DNA from: Acidobacteriota bacterium
GTDB taxonomy: Bacteria > Acidobacteriota > Polarisedimenticolia > J045
NCBI GenBank assembly: GCA_031395565.1
Contig: JANNUT010000052.1
Location: 17,882 to 81,881 of the forward strand
DNA: 64,000 nucleotides
Direction: 5' to 3'
In this document: in pieces, positions 53,485 through 63,466 of the stretch
How the letters are laid out: each line of letters starts with the position of its first letter
Numbering within the stretch: position 1 is the first letter of the stretch
The notes under the pieces: model-generated
Database searches by the model: none
Told to the model about the DNA's origin: nothing
Seen by the model: the letters and a program-made list of their open reading frames with translations, nothing else
Translations under genes and position numbers: made by a program

Positions 53485-54657
53485 ATGGGATTTTGGAATC
53501 GTTCGAACGGTCCCGCACGAAAGCGACGTTCGCGACTGCGTCGGCTGTTCTTGTTCGTGGTCGTGCCAGTCCTCCTCGTGGGGGGCATCCTTGCGCTCTA
53601 TCCCTACCCGCCGCTCCCGACACAAGCCGTTCTCGAGGCTCGAGCTGCGTTGGCCCAAGCCCGGCACGACGTCAAAGACTTTGGGCTGGATGAACTGACT
53701 CAAGCCGAATCGCTTGGATATCAAATGGAGCGGTTCTACGCGATCGAGCGATCCAAGCTGTTGAGATTCACTGAATCGAAGCTGTTGTTGCAGGTGATTC
53801 AAGAAACCGAGACTGCGGCGACAAACGCGCTTCAGATCTCTAAGACACAACGAATTGAGGCCCTGGCGACCGCCCAAGTGCGGCGCACCGAATTGGAGAA
53901 GTTGCTGACACAGTTGGGCGCCGAGGTGCAGTTTTTCTCGCGCGACAGACGGTTGCGCAGTTCGTTCAGCAAGGCCGAGCTGGCGATGATCGACGCACGT
54001 CGCGCGCAGAAGAAGTCGGACGTCAAGCTGTTCAGTGCCGCACTCGATCGCGCCGAATCAGAGTTGAGTTTTACCGAGCAGATGCTGGGCAATCGCTACA
54101 AGCGACTTTCCGATCCAGGTTTGCGGCGCCAGTGGCAGCGCTGGGTGGAAGACACAATCGCGTCCACGCGCGGTGGCGGTTCTGCCATCGTGGTCGAGAA
54201 ATTAGGCCGCCGATTGGTGTTGTTGCGTAACGGCAGAATCGTGAGCGAATTCAATGCCGAGTTCGGGCGCAACGGCCTCGCTGACAAGCTGCACGCTGGC
54301 GACGGAGCCACTCCCGAGGGGCGCTACTTCGTCAAGGAGAAACGCGACCACGGCAACACGCGCTGGTATCGGGCGCTGGTCATCAACTACCCCAACGCCG
54401 AGGATTGGCAAAAGTATCAGCAAGCAAGACGGGCCGGTCGCATCCCAGGCCGTTACAGCATCGGCGGCCTGATCGAGATTCACGGTAACGGCGGGAAACT
54501 GAAGAACTGGACCGATGGCTGCGTCGCGCTGCGCAACCAAGATGTCGATCGGTTGTTCTCGCAGGTGCCGGTTGGAACGCCGGTGACGATCGTAGGATCG
54601 GCCCGCTTGCCTGGCGATTTGGCTGAGCGCAGCATGCGCACGGGAGGTACGCGATGA
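53485..54657 (+). CDS. Membrane-anchored L,D-transpeptidase (YkuD) family protein
   Basis: N-terminal TM helix and a long helical region. C-terminus ...GDGATPEGRYFV...LIEIHGNGG...TDGCVALRNQDVDRLFSQVPVGTPVTIV carries the H..G..S/T.GC motif. Confidence 0.75.
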   Translation: MGFWNRSNGPARKRRSRLRRLFLFVVVPVLLVGGILALYPYPPLPTQAVLEARAALAQARHDVKDFGLDELTQAESLGYQMERFYAIERSKLLRFTESKLLLQVIQETETAATNALQISKTQRIEALATAQVRRTELEKLLTQLGAEVQFFSRDRRLRSSFSKAELAMIDARRAQKKSDVKLFSAALDRAESELSFTEQMLGNRYKRLSDPGLRRQWQRWVEDTIASTRGGGSAIVVEKLGRRLVLLRNGRIVSEFNAEFGRNGLADKLHAGDGATPEGRYFVKEKRDHGNTRWYRALVINYPNAEDWQKYQQARRAGRIPGRYSIGGLIEIHGNGGKLKNWTDGCVALRNQDVDRLFSQVPVGTPVTIVGSARLPGDLAERSMRTGGTR

Positions 54658-55379
54658 GCGACGGGCCCAACGTCCCCGCCATTCCCGCCTCGGTGGCATC
54701 GCGCCTTCCTCAAGGCGTGACGAACACCATCACTCGCAAGCGGTCACGCTGGAAGGCAATTGTCAGCGGTTTGTCGATTGGTGCGGCAATCCCACTCTCC
54801 TTGGCGTGGCTCGCTTCCTTTATGGGTGGTTACAAGTACCAGTCGCTGGCTACGATACTTCCGCCCTCGGAGCTACGGCTCAATCCCAAGCAAGCGGTGG
54901 CGCAACTCGAAAAGAAATTGGCGGCGGCGGCACCCAAGGGTGTCTACGTTGTGATCGACACGGTCAACAATCACCTGTTGCTGCGCAACGGAGACCAAAC
55001 GTTGCTGCAAGCGACATGTTCAACCGGTACGGGCGGCGTGCTCACCGATCCAGGCAGCGGACGAAAGTGGGTATTTGAAACGCCGCTCGGTTTGCGACGA
55101 ATCCAAACCAAGGTGAAGAACCCCGTGTGGGTCAAGCCCGATTGGGCGTTTGTCGAAGAAGGCAAGAAAAAAGAAGACACTCCTGCCAGCGAACGCTACG
55201 ACAAGGCGGCCTTGGGCGACTACAAGATGGATATCGGAAACGGTTACATGATTCACGGCACGCTCTACACGCGCATGTTGGGAAAGAGCGTGACTCACGG
55301 GTGCATCCGGCTTGGTGACGATGACCTGGAGAAGGTCTTCAACGCAGTCCAGGTCGGCACGCCGGTTTACCTGTTCTAA
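54654..55379 (+). CDS. L,D-transpeptidase (YkuD) family protein
   Basis: ATGA overlap with the upstream gene. ...YMIHGTLYTRMLGKSVTHGCIRLGDDDLEKVFNAVQVGTPVYLF. Confidence 0.8.
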   Translation: MSDGPNVPAIPASVASRLPQGVTNTITRKRSRWKAIVSGLSIGAAIPLSLAWLASFMGGYKYQSLATILPPSELRLNPKQAVAQLEKKLAAAAPKGVYVVIDTVNNHLLLRNGDQTLLQATCSTGTGGVLTDPGSGRKWVFETPLGLRRIQTKVKNPVWVKPDWAFVEEGKKKEDTPASERYDKAALGDYKMDIGNGYMIHGTLYTRMLGKSVTHGCIRLGDDDLEKVFNAVQVGTPVYLF

Positions 55380-56032
55380 TGCAAACCCGCCGCCTCGGCA
55401 GAATTACGGCCGCAGCGCTCGTCGCCGTTGCAACGACAGTGTCGTGGGCCGCCACAGAGGCGCAGCGCAAAGCATTTCTTGCTGAAGAACTCGAACTCGC
55501 GAAGAAAGACGAGTTGTATCTGGTACTCGATCCAGATACCGGTTCGTTGCAGCTTCGCATCGACGGCATCGTGTTGAATCGGTTCGACGTGGTCGAGGCT
55601 CGCTATGGACGGCCCCGCCTGGAGAGTTCGGCTCAGACGCAGTGGGCGGGTGTGGCGTACGAGTTGTCGACACAACTGGAAGAGCCCGATCGTCCTGACA
55701 TCAAGATCATCCCCGACGACGACACCACCACGCCAGGCGACTACATCATCAAAGAGCAGGAGCGGCTGGAAGCGTCGATTCCGACCACATACCGCCTGCA
55801 GTTTTCTCCCGACCTGTTGGTCGTCGTGAGGGGCGAGCCGCTCGCAATGGATTTTGCGAGTCGCCGCCGCCGCTGGTGGTACACGCTGCAAGAGGGTTGG
55901 GAAGGGTTTCGGTTGTGGATGAAAAACGACCGGATTGCCAATCGAGTGGTGCTGTTCATGACACCCGAAGAGGCACGCCGGCTGTTCAAGGTGCTGCAGC
56001 CGAAGATGAAAATGCTCGTCGAGCAGAAGTGA
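55379..56032 (+). CDS. Secreted hypothetical protein (third gene of the L,D-transpeptidase operon)
   Basis: TAATG overlap with the upstream gene, with a signal peptide. No catalytic Cys motif was seen. Confidence 0.5.
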   Translation: MQTRRLGRITAAALVAVATTVSWAATEAQRKAFLAEELELAKKDELYLVLDPDTGSLQLRIDGIVLNRFDVVEARYGRPRLESSAQTQWAGVAYELSTQLEEPDRPDIKIIPDDDTTTPGDYIIKEQERLEASIPTTYRLQFSPDLLVVVRGEPLAMDFASRRRRWWYTLQEGWEGFRLWMKNDRIANRVVLFMTPEEARRLFKVLQPKMKMLVEQK

Positions 56033-56033
56033 G

Positions 56034-56795
56034 CTAGAGCCCGGCTTGCATTGCCGTTTCAACGTCGCGCTTCAGTCCCGGATGCACGGTCATCCCCAAC
56101 GCTTCAGCGCGATGCAAACTCTCGGCAGCGCGCTGGTTTTTTCCAAGCTTCAAGTATCCAACCGCCAAGTTGTTGTGGACTAACGGGAAATCAGGGGCAC
56201 GCCGCGCGCAGGCTTCCCAGGCGGTGACCGCCTCTTCTAGCCGTCCCAGGTGGTATTGAGCGTTGCCAATCAAGAACGACAGTTCGCCTGGCGGGCGATG
56301 GAGCGAGCTACGGTTGGGTTGCTTGATGACCTGCAAGTTTTGAATCGACGACTGCAGGTCGATGATCCGCATGTCGGGTACCGGTATCTTCACTTTGCCG
56401 GTTTCGATGGACTGGATTGCATCGCGCAGATCGGAGATTGCTTCTTGTGCATCGTTGAACCGATCGGCCTGAAGGTCGTACATCAGATCGCCCAGCCGCT
56501 CGTATCCAGTCCAGGCTTGCTGATAGTGATCGAGCGCTCCCTCGTAGCGCTTCTCTCGAAATGCGATGTTCCCGAGACTGACGTGCGCTTCGGGGAACCC
56601 TGGGAGCAGATTGGTGGCCTTGATCAGGTTGGTTTCTGCTGCCTGGATATTGCCGCGCCGTTCCAAGTGTAGAGCTTTGCGATAAAACACGACCGCTTCG
56701 CGCAGGTTGCGGTACATGCTATCGGCCCGCGCTGCTGGCAGGAGGGCGAACGACGCTGCGACCAAGTACAGGACGAGGCTAGTTCGACGCCGCAT
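56034..56795 (-). CDS. Secreted TPR-repeat protein (paralogue A)
   Basis: Start at 56795 after a GAGGAGG RBS. It shares FPEAH..LG.IA.REK.Y..AL.HY and APDFPLVHNNLA.GYLKLG with the neighbouring gene. Confidence 0.7.
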   Translation of the reverse strand: MRRRTSLVLYLVAASFALLPAARADSMYRNLREAVVFYRKALHLERRGNIQAAETNLIKATNLLPGFPEAHVSLGNIAFREKRYEGALDHYQQAWTGYERLGDLMYDLQADRFNDAQEAISDLRDAIQSIETGKVKIPVPDMRIIDLQSSIQNLQVIKQPNRSSLHRPPGELSFLIGNAQYHLGRLEEAVTAWEACARRAPDFPLVHNNLAVGYLKLGKNQRAAESLHRAEALGMTVHPGLKRDVETAMQAGL

Positions 56796-56877
56796 AGTGC
56801 CTCCTCGGGCGAAACATACACCCAAGCACAACCCGTGGCTGGCGCTATTCGCCCCCGCCAGGCCCGCTCCCGAAACT

Positions 56878-57648
56878 TTAACGAGTCGTTTGCAAACCGG
56901 AACTTAGGGAGGCCCGGGCGATATCACGTTTGAGATCGGGGTGAACCGCGACACCCAGTTTCTCAGCCCGATCTACGCTGAGCTGGGCAGCGTCGACCCG
57001 ACCAAGCTTTAGATACCCAATCGCGAGGTTGTTGTGGACCAGCGGGAAATCGGGCGCTTTCTTCGAGCACTCCTCCCAGGCGCCAACCGCCTCGTTGAGC
57101 ATTCCTAAATGAAATTGGGCATTGCCGATGTAGAAGAAGACTTCGCCGGGGGGCTCGAGTCCTTCTCCCGGCGTCGGTAGTCGAACGAGTTCAAGTTTGC
57201 GAATCTCACCCTCGACCCGAATCTTCTCCATGTCGCGGTTGAGAATTTTTAGACGAGGGTTGTCCAGTTCGGTCATGACATCGCGAAGCCGATCCACTTC
57301 CTCTCTGGCATCGCGATAACGCTCGACGCGCAAGTCGTAGAGCTTGTCGCCAAGATTCCTAAACCCGTCTCGCGCCTGCAAGTAGTGCTCGAGCGCTTCC
57401 GAATAGTGTTTTTCACGTAGCGCGATGTGTCCGAGTCCGAGGTGCGCTTCGGGAAAACCGGGGAGGGCCGCAGCGGCTCGCTGAAAGAACTCTCTCGATC
57501 GCTCAGTTTCCCCACGCCGTGCGTAGATTGCGCCACGCTGGAAAAGCGAGACAGCCTCACGCATCGATTTCTCGCCCTGACTTGCTGATGCTGGCATCGC
57601 GAGCACGATCGTCAACCCGACTGAGAGCAAGCAAAGTGATCGGTGCAT
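56878..57648 (-). CDS. Secreted TPR-repeat protein (paralogue B)
   Basis: 256 aa, collinear with 56034-56795 over the whole length. Confidence 0.7.
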   Translation of the reverse strand: MHRSLCLLSVGLTIVLAMPASASQGEKSMREAVSLFQRGAIYARRGETERSREFFQRAAAALPGFPEAHLGLGHIALREKHYSEALEHYLQARDGFRNLGDKLYDLRVERYRDAREEVDRLRDVMTELDNPRLKILNRDMEKIRVEGEIRKLELVRLPTPGEGLEPPGEVFFYIGNAQFHLGMLNEAVGAWEECSKKAPDFPLVHNNLAIGYLKLGRVDAAQLSVDRAEKLGVAVHPDLKRDIARASLSSGLQTTR

Positions 57649-57784
57649 GAGTCGTTACCCCACTGAGGACGTCGAGCGATCGCAGGGGAATGTACGCGCT
57701 GGGGTGTGGGAGGGGATAGCTCGTTCTCACAAAAACTGTCTGCCGGCGTACTTACTCATTTGTCTCGTCATTGCGGTCCCAAGA

Positions 57785-59005
57785 CTAGCGGGCGGAGCGC
57801 AACCACTCGATCACGCGGGCGAGATCGTTTGAATCGTGCCAACCGTGCCAGGCCACGCGCAGATACCCCTCGCGAACGGATGCGAAGATCTGTTGGCGAA
57901 ACCCGTCTCGCAGCATCGCTTGTAACCAAGAGTCACCGCGTCCACCGTGATGCAAGGCGAGGATGGCTCCCAGCCGGCCGCGCCGATGCAGCGCGCTGAG
58001 GCGTTGCGCTTCGTCGCTCCAGATCTCGTGGCTGCGCAACGCCTCCAACACGGCCAACTGCAAAAGATCGATATGCGCGGAGATCGCGTCGATGCCTGAC
58101 TCGTTGATCAGCGTCAGTGACGCTTGCAGCGCGGCAGCTCCCACCAAATTCGGTACGCCAACTTCCAGCGCTTGACCATCGCGACGAAACGCACGAACGA
58201 AATCGGTGCCAGGACGGGTGAAGTCGGTGGCCCCTTCCACGGCGAGCCATCCACCAGGCGGGGTAAGTTGCGCGCGAAACTCAGGGTCGGTCCACAACAC
58301 GCCAAGCCCTTGCGGCGCCAAAAGCGCCTTGTGTCCGCCGCAGGCCATCGCAGAGACGCCGTCGAGGTGGCAGCGGCGCGTGCCCACGCCTTGAATCCCA
58401 TCGCAGATCAAAGGCACACCGCGATGCGCGAGAGCTGCGCCGAGCCGGCCGAGATCGAGCGCGAGCCCATCTTGGAAGCGGACCCAACTCGTCGTTACCA
58501 GCCTTGTTCGTGGTGATAACGCATTTACCAAGCGCGTTTCTGGATCGACATCGGAAGGTGGTGGAGTGGACGCCAACGCGGCGCTGCCCGCTCGATGACC
58601 ATCCCAAAGTGGGACCTCACGAAACACGACACCGCGCTGGCGCAATGCCAACCAAGGCCATGCATTGGAGGGAAACTCGCCTAGCGGCGCGAGCACTTCT
58701 TCGCCTTCGCGCCAGTCGAGCCCTTGCGCGATGGTCGAGAGCCCGCTGCCGGTGGTGCCTACCAAAGAGACGTCTTGCTCTTGCACGAGCATCAGCTTGG
58801 CGGCCTCGCGCCGCACTGCGGACGGGAGCCCTACGAATTCCTCGTTCCAACGCATCGTCCAGGGCTGTAATTCACGTTGCATGACTTGCGCTACGGCGTC
58901 GGCGGCGGCTCGCGTCACGGGCCCTTCGGCGCAATGCATGATCCAAACAACATCGTTGCCGAGGTCGAATAGGCTGCGTGCAAGAGGTGGAATGGCGAGT
59001 GTCAT
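57785..59005 (-). CDS. Class V aminotransferase-fold PLP enzyme (cysteine desulfurase/epimerase-like)
   Basis: 406 aa. ...DGVSAMACGGHKALLAPQGLGVLW contains the PLP-binding Lys context. Confidence 0.75.
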   Translation of the reverse strand: MTLAIPPLARSLFDLGNDVVWIMHCAEGPVTRAAADAVAQVMQRELQPWTMRWNEEFVGLPSAVRREAAKLMLVQEQDVSLVGTTGSGLSTIAQGLDWREGEEVLAPLGEFPSNAWPWLALRQRGVVFREVPLWDGHRAGSAALASTPPPSDVDPETRLVNALSPRTRLVTTSWVRFQDGLALDLGRLGAALAHRGVPLICDGIQGVGTRRCHLDGVSAMACGGHKALLAPQGLGVLWTDPEFRAQLTPPGGWLAVEGATDFTRPGTDFVRAFRRDGQALEVGVPNLVGAAALQASLTLINESGIDAISAHIDLLQLAVLEALRSHEIWSDEAQRLSALHRRGRLGAILALHHGGRGDSWLQAMLRDGFRQQIFASVREGYLRVAWHGWHDSNDLARVIEWLRSAR

Positions 59006-59008
59006 GGG

Positions 59009-59950
59009 TCACCAACGCTCGACCATCAGGTCGGTCGTAATGCGCGCCACACCGTATCCGTAGGCGCGCTTGAAATCGCGAAATGCGGCCGGGTACAAAC
59101 ACATTGCCAACACCTCGAGCGAGTCGGCCAGTCGGGGCCCCGGTCGATTGAACCAGGCATTGCCGTCGGCGAAGAACACACGGCCCTGTCGGGCCGCGGG
59201 CCACAGTCGCCACGGCACACAGGCACGAAAGGTGCGCAGTTCTTCCAGACTTCGATCCAATGCAAAGCCACAGGGCTTTACCAGCACGACATCGGGAGTG
59301 AGCGCTGCCAACGCATCAGGGCTGAGCACACGCGATGGTTCACCGGCAACCGCAGCGAGTGGAGTACCGCCCGCGAGCGTCACCATGTCGGGGGTCCAGT
59401 AGCCGCCTTGCATCGGCGGCTCGATCCATTCCAAGGTCAAGACCTGCGGATGTTCGCCGACCTGCGCGACCCGCTCTTTGACCTCGTCGACGCGCCGCAG
59501 AATCCCGCCACAAAGTTCGGCCGCTGTGGCGTGCCGGCCGATCGCCTCGGCCACCGCCTTGATACAGACGTAGAGATCGTCGAAACGCTTGGGGCCCAAG
59601 CGCACCACCACCGGAGTCGTGCCGGTTGCTTCTCGCAACAGCGCGTCGAGACTCTCGGCGGACACCGCGCAAACATCGCACAGATCCTGGGTGATCACGA
59701 AGTCGGGGTGTAGGTCGGCCAGCAGCGCCCAATCGACGTCATAGAGCGAGAGCCCGTTGGCGCTGGCCCTGACGGACGCATTAATCTGTGCACTGGTTTG
59801 GCCGCTCACCAAGCACTTCGTCAGCCGCGGGAGTGCCTGAACTTCGAGCGGATGATCGCATTCGTGCGAAACACCCACGAGTGAGTCACCCGCACCGAGT
59901 GCGCAGATGATTTCGGTTGCCGCAGGCAAAAGGGAGACGATGCGCGCCAT
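59009..59950 (-). CDS. BtuF/FhuD-type periplasmic-binding-fold protein (cobalamin/siderophore binding-like), no obvious signal peptide
   Basis: MARIVSLLPAATEIICALGAGDSLVGVSHECDHP...DFVITQDLCDVC... is typical of the PBP type-2 cobalamin-binding family. Confidence 0.7.
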   Translation of the reverse strand: MARIVSLLPAATEIICALGAGDSLVGVSHECDHPLEVQALPRLTKCLVSGQTSAQINASVRASANGLSLYDVDWALLADLHPDFVITQDLCDVCAVSAESLDALLREATGTTPVVVRLGPKRFDDLYVCIKAVAEAIGRHATAAELCGGILRRVDEVKERVAQVGEHPQVLTLEWIEPPMQGGYWTPDMVTLAGGTPLAAVAGEPSRVLSPDALAALTPDVVLVKPCGFALDRSLEELRTFRACVPWRLWPAARQGRVFFADGNAWFNRPGPRLADSLEVLAMCLYPAAFRDFKRAYGYGVARITTDLMVERW

Positions 59951-60013
59951 TTCGCGATTCTAACCGCGCTGATGGGATTGCCCGGCGCCCGGTTTCGGCC
60001 AATCATCCGCGGC

Positions 60014-61312
60014 ATGCAACTTGTCTGGCACCGCGGCGACCTGCGTACCCACGATCACCCTGCTCTGCATGCCGCGTCCTCGGCTGGTCCGAGCCTTGGA
60101 GTGGTGATTCTCGACCCTAAGATCCTCGACGAGACGTCCGCGCGTCGAAAAGCGTGGTTTACCGTCAACGTGCTTGCGTTGCGCCAATCGTATGCAAAGC
60201 GCGGTTCGGCACTCTTGGTTCGTGAGGGAGTGCCATGGGAATTGCTGCCTCGACTCGCACTCGAAACCGGTGCGCACGCAGTGCATGCAATCAAGAGCTA
60301 CACACCCTACGGACGATCGCGTGATGAACTGACCGCCAAAGCGCTCGCGGTACCGCTGCACTGGCACGCTGGACAATACGTGCAGGAGCCCGGCAGTGTG
60401 CGCCGCGATGATGGCGGCAACTACACGGTTTACACACCGTATTCCAAACGCTGGTGGGCCAAACCGATGCCGATCCCGCTGGCGGCACCGTCCCAACTGC
60501 CGGCGGTCGTTGCGCCGGTGCCCCACGGTGAAATTCCGGCACTAGAGGCGGACGTGCCGTTACCACCGGCGGGCGAGGATGCGGCCATGAATGCACTCGA
60601 CGCATTCATCAAGCAAAAGTTGCCTGGGTATGACCAAGGCCGCAACCGTCTCGATGGAAGCGGTTCGAGCGGCTTGTCTGTGTATCTCAACATCGGCGTG
60701 CTGTCGCCGCGCGTGGCGGCTCACAGGGCTCATGCGGTGGGTGGCGCCGGGTCGCAAAAATGGGTGGCAGAACTTGCCTGGCGTGATTTCGGTGCCGACT
60801 TGATGTGGCATCGGCCCGACATGCTGCGCGCTCCGTTCGATGCGCGATGGAGCAAGCTCGTATGGATGGACGATCGAGCCGGCTTCGAAGCGTGGTGTGA
60901 AGGACGCACCGGTTATCCCGTGATCGACGCTGCTATGCGTGAGTTGAAAGCCACCGGCTACATGAGCAATCGCTGCCGTATGGTGGTGGCTCAATTTCTC
61001 TCCAAGCTGTTGTTGCTGCCCTGGACGTGGGGCGAGAAAGTCTTCAAAGACTGGCTGCTCGATGGCGACACGGCGCAAAACGTCGCTGGGTGGCAATGGG
61101 CCTCGGGACTGGGTGTCGATGCCGCTCCCTATTTCCGCGTGTTCAATCCGGTCTCGCAAGGCGCGGAGCACGACCCAAGTGGCACTTGGATTCGCCGCTG
61201 GGTTCCCGAATCGCACGGTGCGCCCGACGCTCTTCCCGGCGCGATCGTTGATGCGGGCGAGGCGCGGAAGCGGTATCTCGACGTTGCCGGACAGATCGGG
61301 CGCACCAAATGA
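60014..61312 (+). CDS. phrB: Deoxyribodipyrimidine photolyase (CPD class I type)
   Basis: MQLVWHRGDLRTHDHPAL... and the FAD-binding C-terminus ...TGYPVIDAAMRELKATGYMSNRCRMVVAQFL...WGEKVFKDWLLDGDTAQNVAGWQWASG. Confidence 0.9.
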   Translation: MQLVWHRGDLRTHDHPALHAASSAGPSLGVVILDPKILDETSARRKAWFTVNVLALRQSYAKRGSALLVREGVPWELLPRLALETGAHAVHAIKSYTPYGRSRDELTAKALAVPLHWHAGQYVQEPGSVRRDDGGNYTVYTPYSKRWWAKPMPIPLAAPSQLPAVVAPVPHGEIPALEADVPLPPAGEDAAMNALDAFIKQKLPGYDQGRNRLDGSGSSGLSVYLNIGVLSPRVAAHRAHAVGGAGSQKWVAELAWRDFGADLMWHRPDMLRAPFDARWSKLVWMDDRAGFEAWCEGRTGYPVIDAAMRELKATGYMSNRCRMVVAQFLSKLLLLPWTWGEKVFKDWLLDGDTAQNVAGWQWASGLGVDAAPYFRVFNPVSQGAEHDPSGTWIRRWVPESHGAPDALPGAIVDAGEARKRYLDVAGQIGRTK

Positions 61313-62700
61313 CGCGCTTCGCGGCCCGCTCGCCGCTCCCGGTTTCGGCGGACGAGCTGTACTGCTGGCACGCGCGCGCGGGCGCGTTTCAGCGCTTGAT
61401 GCCGCCATGGGAACAACTGCGACTCGTGCAGCAAAGTGGCGGCATTGCCGACGGCGCGCGCGTAGCTTTCGATATCCGACAGGGCCCAGTGTGGTTGCGT
61501 TGGGAAGCCGAGCACTCCGATCACATCGAGGGCCGTCAGTTTCGCGACACGATGCTGCGTATGTCGGGAACCGCTTGGACGCATTTGCATCGCTTTGAAC
61601 CGGCGGGTGATGTCAACTCACAACTGATCGACGAGATCGACTTCACGTTGCCGTTCGGTGCGCTGGGCCGGCTTGGTACTGCGACGATGCTGCGCAAACT
61701 TCAGCGCCTGTTCGCGTTCCGGCACCGCCGCACGCGGGACGACTTACTGCGGCATGCAGCATTCGCGCATCGCTCACGGCTCGATATTGCGATCAGTGGC
61801 GCCAGCGGATTGATCGGCTCTCAGTTGTGCGCGTTTCTCAGCACCGGGGGTCATCGAGTGCGGCGCTTGGTCCGGCGCAACGCGAACAGCGCTGCCGGTG
61901 AAATCACTTGGGACCCGTCGCGCGGAGAAATCGATAGCAAGGCGCTCGAGGGGGTGGACGCCGTGATTCACCTTGCAGGTGAAAACATCGCCAGCGGACG
62001 TTGGACGGCGGCGCGCAAGAAATCGATTCTCACCAGCCGGGTCGACAGCACGAGGCTGCTGGCCGAAACCATCGCTCGATTGGAGCGGCCGCCCCGCGTG
62101 TTCGTGAGCGCGTCCGCCGTCGGGTTTTACGGCGATCGCGGAGATCCAGTCGACGAATCGAGCGGGACGGGTACGGGCTTTCTCGCGGAGGTCTGCCGCG
62201 CCTGGGAAGAAGCGGCCGAACCGGCGCGCGCGGCGGGACTGCGCGTGGTGCATCCGCGGATCGGGATGGTGGTGGCAGGGCAGGGCGGTGCGTTGGCCAA
62301 ACTGCTGACACCCTTTCGACTCGGCCTCGGCGGTCCGGTCGGCGGCGGCAAGCAGATGACCAGCTGGATTTCACTCGACGATCTTTTGGGTGTGCTCCAC
62401 TGGATACTCTTCGATGAAGCGATCAGCGGTCCCGTCAACGCGGTCTCGCCCAAAGCGATCGACAACCGGCGCTTCGTTCAGACCCTCGGAGCCGTGCTCA
62501 ACCGGCCCGCGATCTTGCCGTTGCCAGCCTTCGCAGTCCGGCTGGCCTTTGGTGAGATGGGGCAGCGAGTGTTGCTCGACGGTGCGGCAGTACGTCCCGC
62601 ACGACTGTTGGCAGCAGGGTTTCCGTTTCTTCACCCAGAGATCGAAACGGCGGTGCGCAGCGAGTTGGGATCTCTGGCACCACCGGAAGGATTCTCGTGA
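61309..62700 (+). CDS. SRPBCC domain fused to a TIGR01777 (YfcH-like, DUF1731) NAD-dependent epimerase-family protein
   Basis: 463 aa with an ATGA overlap with phrB. Rossmann motif ISGASGLIGSQL and a DUF1731-type C-terminus. Confidence 0.75.
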   Translation: MTRFAARSPLPVSADELYCWHARAGAFQRLMPPWEQLRLVQQSGGIADGARVAFDIRQGPVWLRWEAEHSDHIEGRQFRDTMLRMSGTAWTHLHRFEPAGDVNSQLIDEIDFTLPFGALGRLGTATMLRKLQRLFAFRHRRTRDDLLRHAAFAHRSRLDIAISGASGLIGSQLCAFLSTGGHRVRRLVRRNANSAAGEITWDPSRGEIDSKALEGVDAVIHLAGENIASGRWTAARKKSILTSRVDSTRLLAETIARLERPPRVFVSASAVGFYGDRGDPVDESSGTGTGFLAEVCRAWEEAAEPARAAGLRVVHPRIGMVVAGQGGALAKLLTPFRLGLGGPVGGGKQMTSWISLDDLLGVLHWILFDEAISGPVNAVSPKAIDNRRFVQTLGAVLNRPAILPLPAFAVRLAFGEMGQRVLLDGAAVRPARLLAAGFPFLHPEIETAVRSELGSLAPPEGFS

Positions 62701-63134
62701 GCGAGCGTTGGATCTTGCTCTTGAACGCGGCGGCCACGCTCTACATGACCGGCCTGATTTGGTTCGTGCAGGTTGTGCACTATCCGTTGTTCGCGAAGGT
62801 TGGGGCCGAGGGGTTTGCGTCGTACGAACGATCGCACGCGCAACTGACCAGCTGGGTGGTCACCGTTCCGATGCTCATGGAATTCGCGACGGCGTGCCTG
62901 CTGTTGGCCGTTCGTCCCGCCAACGTATCGCGTCTCGAAGCATGGATCGGTGTCTCACTCGTCGTTGCGATTTGGGCGTCGACGTGGCTCTTACAAGTGC
63001 CCCGACATGGACAACTCGCAGCTGGTTTCGACGCCCACGCTCATCACGCGCTGGTACTCACCAACTGGATTCGCACCTTGGCGTGGAGCGCGCGTGGCTT
63101 ACTCGTATTGATGTGGCTAGCGCGAAGCCATTAG
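62697..63134 (+). CDS. Four-TM membrane protein (DUF1772-like)
   Basis: GTG start overlapping the upstream stop (GTGA). 145 aa with hydrophobic helices. Family assignment is tentative. Confidence 0.5.
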   Translation: MSERWILLLNAAATLYMTGLIWFVQVVHYPLFAKVGAEGFASYERSHAQLTSWVVTVPMLMEFATACLLLAVRPANVSRLEAWIGVSLVVAIWASTWLLQVPRHGQLAAGFDAHAHHALVLTNWIRTLAWSARGLLVLMWLARSH

Positions 63135-63413
63135 CGCCTGCTGCGCCTTGCGTATGCGGCTGAACTCCCACCAAGGACGTAGCCGCTCACCGTTGGCGTG
63201 CGCAATCAAACTCTCGAAAACATCTCGCACACAAATGTCATGGGGAACGTGATCCATGGCGCCAAGCGCGTCGTAAAGCGCCTGGGGATCTCGCCCCACC
63301 AGCTGCTCCAGTCGGGTAATGCCGAGGCGTTGCAGGTCTCCTACCGTGGCGGGGCCGATCCCCGGCAACGCGAGCAGGTCCGAGGCCTCTTTTCGCTGCT
63401 TTCGCAAGGTCAT
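63117..63413 (-). CDS. Helix-hairpin-helix domain protein
   Basis: 98 aa. LLALPGIGPATVGDLQRLGITRLEQLVGRDPQALY is the HhH motif. Confidence 0.6.
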   Translation of the reverse strand: MTLRKQRKEASDLLALPGIGPATVGDLQRLGITRLEQLVGRDPQALYDALGAMDHVPHDICVRDVFESLIAHANGERLRPWWEFSRIRKAQQALMASR

Positions 63414-63466
63414 GCCGGCATATTAACCGGGTCGGGTAGAATCCCGCGCAACGTGAGGGTACGGCC

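Noticed and set aside
60560-61408. 282-aa minus-strand ORF
   Set aside because: It is antisense to the photolyase gene, which has the canonical FAD-binding motifs.
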